Below are positions 1-7,114 of a DNA stretch of 32,000 nt, piece by piece. The notes below the pieces were generated by a model. It worked only from the letters and a program-made list of their open reading frames with translations, searched no databases and was not told where the DNA came from. This DNA is from Parcubacteria group bacterium (GTDB lineage: Bacteria; Patescibacteriota; Minisyncoccia; Portnoybacterales; UBA2143), in the NCBI GenBank assembly GCA_002685955.1, contig NYYU01000028.1:9740-41739 (forward strand). The letters run 5' to 3'. Positions within the stretch are counted from its first letter, which is position 1; every line of letters starts with the position of its first letter. The position numbers were made by a program, and so were the translations under genes.

Positions 1-549
1 TATAACCGAGGCAATTAAATCTTCCGGATTAGCTGCTAATTTAGCTTTATCCGGAATTTTTAAATCCTTAACATAAATATTATCATCAAAGGTTTTTAAA
101 CTAGAAATATCTACTTCAATTTCATGCGGTAAGTCTTGGGGCAAAGCCTCTATTTCAACCTGCTGGATACTCTTGATTAGGACTCCGCCCTCTGTTTCAA
201 CTGCTTCTGAGATTCCAACAAAATTCAAAGCTACTTCTACTTTAATTACTTCATCCATTTTAACCTGATAAAAATCAGCATGAATAAAATGATCACTGAC
301 CGGATCTATGGCTGTATCATGAATTAAAACAACTCTTTCTTTATCCTTGTCCCCTCCTTGTATCTTAAGCTTAATCAAAGTGCTCTCCCCGGCTACTTGA
401 TACACTTTTTCAAAATTATGCTCTTTAACTAAAAGAGGTATATTTTTAACTTTACGGCCATATAAAATAGCCGGGATAAAACCTTGTTTCCGGACTTGCT
501 TGTTTTGACGGCCTAACTCTTGCCGTAATTTAACTGATAACTCTAGCAT
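1..549 (-). CDS. rplY: 50S ribosomal protein L25 (long Ctc form), C-terminal end cut by window edge
   Basis: Not in the ORF track because it runs off the window. My translation of the minus strand from ATG 549..547 stays open to base 1 (183 codons): MLELSVKLRQELGRQNKQVRKQGFIPAILYGRKVKNIPLLVKEHNFEKVYQVAGESTLIKLKI... The G-x-IPA-x-x-YG N-terminus and length over 180 aa fit L25/Ctc. Confidence 0.8.
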   Translation of the reverse strand, partial: MLELSVKLRQELGRQNKQVRKQGFIPAILYGRKVKNIPLLVKEHNFEKVYQVAGESTLIKLKIQGGDKDKERVVLIHDTAIDPVSDHFIHADFYQVKMDEVIKVEVALNFVGISEAVETEGGVLIKSIQQVEIEALPQDLPHEIEVDISSLKTFDDNIYVKDLKIPDKAKLAANPEDLIASVI

Positions 550-555
550 GCTCTA

Positions 556-584
556 ATTCTAATCAAAAAAAAACCTCAGGTCAA
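556..584 (-). promoter_or_regulatory. sigma70-like promoter directly upstream of rplY (possible leaderless transcript)
   Basis: Minus strand reads TTGACC (584..579) - 17 nt - TAGAAT (561..556) - 6 nt - ATG (549). No Shine-Dalgarno between the -10 and the ATG. Confidence 0.4.
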
Positions 585-772
585 GATTTATCCACCTTAA
601 TAACATCAACTGGGCAAATTTCAACTGCTTCCTGGACACAATCATCATTTGCTCCTGAATCAGTTTTTTTAACCTCTGCCTTGTTTTCTTCATTCATCTC
701 AAAAAAGTCAGGGCAAATCGCCTGACAACTACCGCAACCAATACATGCTTCTTGATCAATTTTAATTTTCAT
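581..772 (-). CDS. small single-cluster [4Fe-4S] ferredoxin (63 aa)
   Basis: ORF 581..817. Start moved to ATG 772 (MKIKIDQEACIGCGSCQAICP...) because the track start is a TTG whose 15 extra codons overlap the fba 3' end. Has the CxxCxxC...CP motif plus a distal C and CP (EICPVDVI). Lies 4 nt after the fba stop. Confidence 0.8.
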   Translation of the reverse strand: MKIKIDQEACIGCGSCQAICPDFFEMNEENKAEVKKTDSGANDDCVQEAVEICPVDVIKVDKS

Positions 773-776
773 ATCA

Positions 777-1637
777 CTAACTATTATCACTGCCAAACAA
801 TTTAATTTTCTCCTCAACTACGGCTTGAACCGCTTTAACCACCGAGGGCATGAGCTTGTAAGGGGTAATTACTTGGGGATTATCTGCTAAGGACTTTTTT
901 AAGGATTGGGTATAAGCCAAGCGCAATTCAGTATTAATATTGACCTTAACTATGCCCAAGGCAATTGCCTTTTTAATATCCTGTTCAGGCGTGCCTGAAG
1001 CCCCGTGTAAAACTAAAAATGCCTTATTGCCTATTTGCTCATTAATTTTCTCTAAATGATCTAAAAAAAGATGGGGGTTTTCTAGATTCTGATCTTTATT
1101 CATCCCGTGGATATTACCGATAGCAATAGCTAAACTATCCACCTCAGTCTCCTTAATAAACTTATCAGCTTGGACCGGATCAGTCAAATCTTCTTGTTTT
1201 ACTTCTACTGCTTCGCGCAAAGATGAGCCGCCTCTTAAATAGCCGATTTCCCCTTCAACATTATTAATGCCTTTGGCCCGAGCTAAAACAACCACTTGTT
1301 TAGTTATGGCTAAATTTTCTTCAAAAGGCATTTTTGAACCATCAAAATGGACTGAATCATAACCAGCTTCAATCGCCTCTTTAATCACTTCTAATGATTT
1401 ACCATGATCTAAATGCAGAATTATATCAAGACCAGTTTCCTGACGCCAAATATCAACTAAAGCTTTGACTTGTTTCTTGCCAATGAAGTTACTTTCACCT
1501 TGAGAGGTAGAAATAATTATTGGGCTTTTCAGATTTTGAGCGGCCTGAACAATCGCTTTTAACTGCTCTAAATTAGAAGCATTAAAAGCGCCTATGGCAT
1601 AATTATTCTGTTTTGCTTTTTGAAAAATGTCTAACAT
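777..1637 (-). CDS. fba: class II fructose-1,6-bisphosphate aldolase
   Basis: 286 aa. Motifs: YAIGAFN near the N-terminus, zinc-ligand HLDHG, LHGASG. ATG at 1637. Confidence 0.9.
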   Translation of the reverse strand: MLDIFQKAKQNNYAIGAFNASNLEQLKAIVQAAQNLKSPIIISTSQGESNFIGKKQVKALVDIWRQETGLDIILHLDHGKSLEVIKEAIEAGYDSVHFDGSKMPFEENLAITKQVVVLARAKGINNVEGEIGYLRGGSSLREAVEVKQEDLTDPVQADKFIKETEVDSLAIAIGNIHGMNKDQNLENPHLFLDHLEKINEQIGNKAFLVLHGASGTPEQDIKKAIALGIVKVNINTELRLAYTQSLKKSLADNPQVITPYKLMPSVVKAVQAVVEEKIKLFGSDNS

Positions 1638-1665
1638 AGAATAAAAATTTCTAATCTCTAATATA

Positions 1666-1765
1666 GCGCGAAGAAAACAGATTTTTAAATCACAGGTGTG
1701 GGCGCGCGCCCGAGCGAAGCGAGGGCAGGGATAAGTGATTTGGAAAATCTTGTTTTCGGAACGCG
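1666..1765 (+). repeat. intergenic long-hairpin repeat, copy 1 (arms 1666..1693 and 1735..1765, GC-rich apex 1694..1735)
   Basis: Left arm gcgcgaagaaaacagatttttaaatcac pairs with right arm gtgatttggaaaatcttgttttcggaacgcg. The apex aggtgtgggcgcgcgcccgagcgaagcgagggcagggataag matches 22499..22540 at 41 of 42 nt. Lies between the orphan stop (1770) and the fba start (1637). Confidence 0.85.
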
Positions 1766-1769
1766 AAAA

Positions 1770-3035
1770 TTAAAGTGTGATGTATCCTTTATCTAAATTA
1801 TCCATTAATAATTTATCAATGGCCGGTTCGCCCAGATATTCAATAAAAATCTTGTTCCAAAGAGCTTCTGGCTGATGATAAAGCTGTCTTGATTCAAAAT
1901 CAGATCCCCTTAAAAAAGAAATGCCGTTATCAAGTAGATCAAAACTTACTAGAGCTTCTTGCTTTGTATTAGTTGGGAAATAATCGGCTACTACCCCTAA
2001 ATCCTGCCAAAAATCTAAGCCAGTCTTGGGAAAACGCTGGGCAAATTTCTGCATATCTAAAGCAGTTTTAGTATAATGCCAAGCCTCGGAGCTAACATGA
2101 GGCTCAGCTAACCGAGCATCGTTTGCGTCTTTTTTAGCCAGATAGCCAGGAACAATACGCCAGCTCATTTTCTTGCCATGGGGCAAAGGCGTCTCGGTCG
2201 TTTTTACTTTTAGGGCCTCAATCATTTTTTTAGCAAAATGAGCTTCTTGATTGTATTCTTTAAAAAGCTTAGCGTGCCAATTAACTTCATGGATATAATG
2301 GAGAGACATAAAAAATAGATAAAGAGTTTCGCCCGGATTCTGCTTAGCCAAAGGGATAACAAAAACAATCCCTAATTCTTTTAAATGACTCATATGATGG
2401 AGTTTCTTGCCTAAAAACTTCTTGCCAATACCGGCCCATTTTTCCGGCAGAACAATCATTTTAATCTTTCTCTCTTCAAAATCTTCTTTCCTTATATCCT
2501 GATAAGGCTTAAAAAAAACATTATTAAGCCATTGGCTATCTTCAACAAACCTTAAAGCGCAAAAAATCTCAAAAGTATCTTCTTTTTCCAGCATCTTGTC
2601 AATATCACTGCCATAGCCCAAAACGCTCATAATCTGCTGAGGCGGATTCAATTTTAATAATTGTTTAGCTTTGGATTTTTTAAGATAAAAACCGCGTGAA
2701 TCACCGGTTAATTCCTTAGTCACATTAAGCAAACTGCGACAGCCGGCCGGTGTGGAAAAATCCAGCTTAAAAAAATACTTAGCCAAAGCTCGATCGGTCT
2801 GGCTGGTTTTCTCAACTAAAGCTTCAAAAACATCTGGAGCTTTAATCTGATAAAAATCCTTATCTAATCCCAGGCCTAATTTCATTAAACTAACTCTAAC
2901 CTTGTGTTCATTTTCTCGAACAATTTTTTCAATAATCCCTTCCTTATTGCTAATCCGGTTCATTTTACTTTCTAAATTCAAAATCACCTTTTCTGACGTC
3001 CTTAATAATTGGGCTAATTTCTTAGTTGATTTCAT
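1770..3035 (-). CDS. hypothetical protein (about 421 aa), no recognisable family
   Basis: ORF 1770..3074. The track start is GTG 3074; ATG 3035 (MKSTKKLAQLL...) is preferred and overlaps the upstream kinase stop by 14 nt. No P-loop, Rossmann or TM features seen. His-rich patches: LHHMSH, HYIHEVNWH, EPHVSSEAWHY. Confidence 0.6.
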   Translation of the reverse strand: MKSTKKLAQLLRTSEKVILNLESKMNRISNKEGIIEKIVRENEHKVRVSLMKLGLGLDKDFYQIKAPDVFEALVEKTSQTDRALAKYFFKLDFSTPAGCRSLLNVTKELTGDSRGFYLKKSKAKQLLKLNPPQQIMSVLGYGSDIDKMLEKEDTFEIFCALRFVEDSQWLNNVFFKPYQDIRKEDFEERKIKMIVLPEKWAGIGKKFLGKKLHHMSHLKELGIVFVIPLAKQNPGETLYLFFMSLHYIHEVNWHAKLFKEYNQEAHFAKKMIEALKVKTTETPLPHGKKMSWRIVPGYLAKKDANDARLAEPHVSSEAWHYTKTALDMQKFAQRFPKTGLDFWQDLGVVADYFPTNTKQEALVSFDLLDNGISFLRGSDFESRQLYHQPEALWNKIFIEYLGEPAIDKLLMDNLDKGYITL

Positions 3036-4014
3036 TTTTTTTAACTTCCACTTTATCCCAAGACCCCCAATCACTTTTTTTTAAAAGTCCATTAACTGCC
3101 CCGATTTCCTGCGAAACAGCCGTAGCATTAGCCGTGCCTAATTGAATTGCATAAGAAATATCATCTTTCTCAATCAAGCCAGAGATAAAAGCAGCGCTAA
3201 AAGCATCGCCCGCTCCGGTTCGATCAACCAAGCCAGATTCCGGAATGCCGGCTGAATAGCGATCCTGGCCATCAGCCACAATTACCCCGGCTGGTCCTTT
3301 AGTCATAACGACAACTCCTTTAACCATATCGTCTAATTTTTTAAAAATCTCCTCTTCCTTTGACATGTCCAACCCAGCTAAAATGGCTGATTCTTCTTGA
3401 TTAAGAATAACCACATCTACTTGAAACAAAATATCTCTCAATTCTTCCAACCCCTCGGTTAATTGCGCATCACCCACCGGATTAATCGCTATTTTAATAT
3501 TATTCTTTTTAGCAAATTCTACTACTGGTTTTACAATCTTATGACTCTTACCAGACAACGAACCTAAATAGAGCCATTTAGCTTTAATTTTGTTAAATGG
3601 AATATCTTGTTCAACTATCTCGTGACAAGCGCCTGTTTTTTTTAAAATGGTCCGGCCAACTTCTGGCAGAGAGATAATAACAGAATAAGCCGTAGGCCAT
3701 TGCTCAACTTCTTGAAGCATTGCTAAATCAACCTGGTGCTTGGTCAATTCATCTTTAACCCCTTGACCAGCTGAGCCCTTGCCAATCAAACCCAAGTAAG
3801 CTGTTTTCAAATCCTGCCGGGCAAAAGTTACTGCGGTATTAGTTCCAGTACCGCCCATAGCGAAAACAACACTATCCATAAACATTTTTGAACCCAAAGG
3901 AGCACAAAGCCCTTTTTTGGTTATAAACTTCTCATCTTCAACCATTTGTAATTTCCGACTGCTCATAAAAACATCCTGAGTGGCTGAACCAAATGTTATC
4001 ACATCATATTTCAT
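3022..4014 (-). CDS. PfkB/ribokinase-family sugar or sugar-phosphate kinase
   Basis: 330 aa. N-terminal GGTGTNTAVTFA and C-terminal DRTGAGDAF match the PfkB family signatures. Substrate cannot be read from the sequence. Confidence 0.85.
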   Translation of the reverse strand: MKYDVITFGSATQDVFMSSRKLQMVEDEKFITKKGLCAPLGSKMFMDSVVFAMGGTGTNTAVTFARQDLKTAYLGLIGKGSAGQGVKDELTKHQVDLAMLQEVEQWPTAYSVIISLPEVGRTILKKTGACHEIVEQDIPFNKIKAKWLYLGSLSGKSHKIVKPVVEFAKKNNIKIAINPVGDAQLTEGLEELRDILFQVDVVILNQEESAILAGLDMSKEEEIFKKLDDMVKGVVVMTKGPAGVIVADGQDRYSAGIPESGLVDRTGAGDAFSAAFISGLIEKDDISYAIQLGTANATAVSQEIGAVNGLLKKSDWGSWDKVEVKKNEIN

Positions 4015-4039
4015 AAAATTTAAATAGAAAACGATCTAA

Positions 4040-4149
4040 GTTTTGTACTCCGAAAACTAAATTTTCTGAATCGCTTAGCCCTCCTCTCGCTTCGCTCGAG
4101 CAGCACGCCCACGCCTACGATTCAAAAATTTGTTTTCTTCGTACAAAAC
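4040..4149 (-). repeat. intergenic long-hairpin repeat, copy 2 (inverted orientation, more diverged)
   Basis: Arms gttttgtactccgaaaactaaattttctgaatcg (4040..4073) and cgattcaaaaatttgttttcttcgtacaaaac (4118..4149). The reverse complement of the apex reads aggcgtgggcgtgctgctcgagcgaagcgagaggagggctaag, alignable to copies 1 and 3. Confidence 0.8.
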
Positions 4150-4158
4150 TGGAAGCGA

Positions 4159-4224
4159 TCACTTTGAATTTTCCGAGACGCGTCGGAGCCCTTTAGGGTA
4201 AAGCGCGAGGAAAATTTAAAGTGA
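4159..4224. other. second long imperfect hairpin adjacent to repeat copy 2
   Basis: tcactttgaattttcc (4159..4174) pairs with ggaaaatttaaagtga (4209..4224), 16 bp including one G-T pair. An upper 4-bp stem cgcg/cgcg carries an apical ccctttaggg. Lies 9 nt from the transketolase stop. Confidence 0.6.
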
Positions 4225-4232
4225 GAGCTTAT

Positions 4233-5231
4233 TTATTTCCTTTTAATAACTTTTTTAATCGCTTGTTTGATATCTTCAGCCAGTAAGCCGTATTCTTTCA
4301 TTAATTCTTCTGGTTGGCCTGATTCGCCAAATCTGTCCTGAACAGCAATCATTTCCATCGGCACCTGCCTACCGGCAGGCAAGCTGGTTGCTAAAACTTC
4401 GGCCACGGCTGAACCAAGACCGCCCATAACCTGATGGTCCTCAGCCGTAACCACGGCGCCTGTTTTAGCCGCTTCAATAATTGTTTTTTCATCCATGGGT
4501 TTAATTGTGTGATTATTCACTACGGCCACAGAAATGTTTTCCTTGGCTAAATCATGAGCAGCTAATAAGGCCTCGTGAACAGTTGGCCCGCAGGCAATAA
4601 CTGATACGTCTTTACCTTGTTTAAAAACTTCTGCTTGGCCGATTTGAAAGGGTGTTTTGACTGTAGTAAAAATTGGCGTTGCTTCGCGGGCAAATCTTAA
4701 ATAAACCGGACCCTTTATTTCACCGGCTGCTATGGTTGCTTTTTTGGTCTCAATCATATCACAAGGCGCTAAAACGGTCATATTCGGCAAACAGCGGGTA
4801 ATAGCAATATCTTCCAAGGCCTGATGAGTAGCTCCATCGGGCCCAACTGAAACACCAGTATGAGCGCCGGTTAATTTAACATTAGCTTTAGAATAACAAA
4901 CATTAACCCTTAATTGGTCCCAATTACGCCCCGGGCAAAAAACTCCATAAGTTGAAACAAAAGGAACCTTGCCGGAAAAAGCCAAGCCTGCGGCAATACT
5001 GAGCATGTTCTGCTCTGCAATTCCAACCTGAATAAATCTATCTGGAAATTCTTTTTGAAACATAGCGCTGCGCGTTGAACCGGTTAAATCAGCGCACAAA
5101 ACAACCACATCTTCGCTTCTTTTGCCTAATTCAACCAAACCCTGACCATAGCCATTACGGGTTGGCTTTTGTTCTAATTTTTCTTTTTGATATACGTTTT
5201 TTTCTAAATCCATATTTTTCTCCTTACTCAT
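4233..5231 (-). CDS. tkt: transketolase, C-terminal (pyrimidine-binding/C-terminal domain) subunit
   Basis: 332 aa. GIAEQNM motif and typical Tkt central and C-terminal domains. Start ATG 5231 overlaps the stop of the N-terminal subunit by 8 nt (ATGAGTAA). Confidence 0.9.
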   Translation of the reverse strand: MSKEKNMDLEKNVYQKEKLEQKPTRNGYGQGLVELGKRSEDVVVLCADLTGSTRSAMFQKEFPDRFIQVGIAEQNMLSIAAGLAFSGKVPFVSTYGVFCPGRNWDQLRVNVCYSKANVKLTGAHTGVSVGPDGATHQALEDIAITRCLPNMTVLAPCDMIETKKATIAAGEIKGPVYLRFAREATPIFTTVKTPFQIGQAEVFKQGKDVSVIACGPTVHEALLAAHDLAKENISVAVVNNHTIKPMDEKTIIEAAKTGAVVTAEDHQVMGGLGSAVAEVLATSLPAGRQVPMEMIAVQDRFGESGQPEELMKEYGLLAEDIKQAIKKVIKRK

Positions 5232-6069
5232 GCTCCCCTTTAATTTTCCCGTCTAAAGTTCTTAAACAATCAAGCGCTTTCTGTCCCTCTTCAGCGCAAG
5301 GCGCTTTGCCGTGCCATTTAAAATCAAATTCCATAAAATCAACTCCTTTGCCCGGGATAGTATGAGCCAAAATAACTACAGGCTTTTCAAAAATGGCTTT
5401 GGCTTGATTACAAGCATCAATAATTTCTTGAATATTATGACCGTCAATATCAATTACATGCCAGCCAAAGGCCTCATATTTATCTCTTAATGGTTCTAAG
5501 GGCATAACATCTTCGGTAAAACCATCAATCTGAATATTATTCCTGTCCATAATATTAGTTAAATTATCCATTTTATTTTTACCGGCAAACATAATTGCTT
5601 CCCAGGTTTGCCCTTCATCATGTTCGCCGTCTGAACTAATCACATAAATTTGGTTTTTTTTCTTATCCATTTTAACTGCTAAAGCCATGCCAATTGCCTG
5701 CGATATGCCCTGGCCCAGAGGACCAGAAGAAGTTTCTATACCAGGCAAAGCAGCATTATGGGGATGGCCCTGTAAACGACTGCCTAGTTTTCTTAAGGTT
5801 TTTAATTCTTCAATTGGGAAATAACCAACTCGGGCCAATGTGGCATAGTGAACCGGACAGATATGACCATTAGAAAGAACGAGCCGATCTCTTTGTTCCC
5901 ATTTAGGGTTTTTGGGATCATGCTTAAGCACATCGCCAAAATACAAAGCGGTAAAAACATCAGCCATGCCTAAAGGCCCGGCTGAATGACCAGATTTAGC
6001 TTCAACTAACATTTCAATAATATCTTTTCTAATGATGTTAGCTTGTTCTTTTAATTTTTTAATTTCCAT
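5224..6069 (-). CDS. tkt: transketolase, N-terminal (thiamine-diphosphate-binding) subunit
   Basis: 281 aa. LSNGH and SSDGEHDEG (GDG-x-EG type TPP motif). Split two-gene transketolase arrangement. Confidence 0.9.
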   Translation of the reverse strand: MEIKKLKEQANIIRKDIIEMLVEAKSGHSAGPLGMADVFTALYFGDVLKHDPKNPKWEQRDRLVLSNGHICPVHYATLARVGYFPIEELKTLRKLGSRLQGHPHNAALPGIETSSGPLGQGISQAIGMALAVKMDKKKNQIYVISSDGEHDEGQTWEAIMFAGKNKMDNLTNIMDRNNIQIDGFTEDVMPLEPLRDKYEAFGWHVIDIDGHNIQEIIDACNQAKAIFEKPVVILAHTIPGKGVDFMEFDFKWHGKAPCAEEGQKALDCLRTLDGKIKGEHE

Positions 6070-6677
6070 ATTGTTTCTTTTATATTATTACTTTTAAAAA
6101 TGGCGCTGCCTACGGCTAAAATATTCGCTCCGGCCTCAACCACCTTAGGAGCTGTCCCCAAATTTACTCCGCCATCTACCTCAATATCAATTTCCTGATA
6201 CTTTTCACGTAACTGCCTAACTTTGTCTAAATTCTCTGGTAAAAACTCTTGCCCGCTCCAGCCCGGATTGACCGTCATAACCATAACTGAATCAAGTTGT
6301 TTAATAAAAAAATCAACTACTTCAATAGAAATTTCTGGATTAAGAGCTAAACCAACCCGTAAACCAGCTCCTTTAACCTTATTAATAATCTCTTGATGTT
6401 TTTCAGTTGAACTGTAATGGAAAATAATTCTGGCTACGCCCGAACTAATCCAATCATCAATAACTAATTCTGGATTTTTAATTAACAAATGAGCTTCTAA
6501 TTTTAATTTAGTTTTTAATTCTTTTAAATCAGCTGGATTGTTCCAAACAGAATTGTCAGCAAACTTACCGTCAATCGCATCAAACTGAACCCAATCAACA
6601 TAAGGCTCTACTTTTTTAATTTTTTCCTTTAATTCTTCAAAATCCTTAGCAATAATCGCTGGAATGACCTGAACCAT
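6051..6677 (-). CDS. rpe: ribulose-phosphate 3-epimerase
   Basis: ORF 6051..6752 trimmed to ATG 6677 (MVQVIPAIIAKDFEEL...), 2 nt after the rpiB stop. TIM-barrel Rpe-like motifs: DAIDGKF, MTVNPGWSGQ, VDGGV. Confidence 0.8.
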   Translation of the reverse strand: MVQVIPAIIAKDFEELKEKIKKVEPYVDWVQFDAIDGKFADNSVWNNPADLKELKTKLKLEAHLLIKNPELVIDDWISSGVARIIFHYSSTEKHQEIINKVKGAGLRVGLALNPEISIEVVDFFIKQLDSVMVMTVNPGWSGQEFLPENLDKVRQLREKYQEIDIEVDGGVNLGTAPKVVEAGANILAVGSAIFKSNNIKETIWKLKN

Positions 6678-6679
6678 AA

Positions 6680-7114
6680 TTATTCTAATTCTTTTATCTT
6701 GTTTAATCTCCTTAGATGTCTTTGTCCTCCAGTAAATTCTGTTTCTAACCAATTGCGGACAATCTTTTTAGCCGTTTCCACATCCAAAACCTTACCGGCT
6801 AAACAAAGGATATTAACATTATTATGCTCTTTGGACTGTAAAGCGGTGAATTCATCCCAAGCTACAGCCGCCCGCACCCCTTTAACCTTATTAGCCGCCA
6901 AACACATGCCTAAACCAGTAGCGCAAACCAAAATACCCTGATGCTCGGTTCCAGCCACCTTTTTAGCGACCGCAACCGCAAAATCAGGATAATCATCTTG
7001 CGAGTCCAACTCTTGATTACCTAAATCCTCATACTCATACCCTAATTCTTTAAGATATTTCTTAAGCTCTTCTTTTAAATGCCAACCAGCATGGTCAGCT
7101 CCTAAGTAAATCAT
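6680..7114 (-). CDS. rpiB: ribose-5-phosphate isomerase B
   Basis: 144 aa. MIYLGADHAGWHLKEELKKYL start and CATGLGMCLAANK are typical RpiB/LacAB. ATGA overlap with the gap stop. Confidence 0.9.
   Translation of the reverse strand: MIYLGADHAGWHLKEELKKYLKELGYEYEDLGNQELDSQDDYPDFAVAVAKKVAGTEHQGILVCATGLGMCLAANKVKGVRAAVAWDEFTALQSKEHNNVNILCLAGKVLDVETAKKIVRNWLETEFTGGQRHLRRLNKIKELE

Noticed and set aside
562-583. T9 tract after the ferredoxin stop as a rho-independent terminator
   Set aside because: The preceding stem is only about 3 bp (acc-tga-ggt). The tract fits better as the spacer of the rplY promoter, although weak termination cannot be excluded.
1694-1735. GC-rich repeat apex as a conserved coding segment (translates to RARAKRGQG-like peptide in the extended SpoU ORF)
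   Set aside because: The same sequence occurs in both orientations and in non-coding gaps. Conservation follows hairpin symmetry, not a reading frame.
4233-6069. Split transketolase as a frameshifted pseudogene
   Set aside because: The two halves correspond exactly to the known two-gene N-terminal/C-terminal transketolase arrangement. They have a clean ATGAGTAA overlap and intact motifs in both parts.
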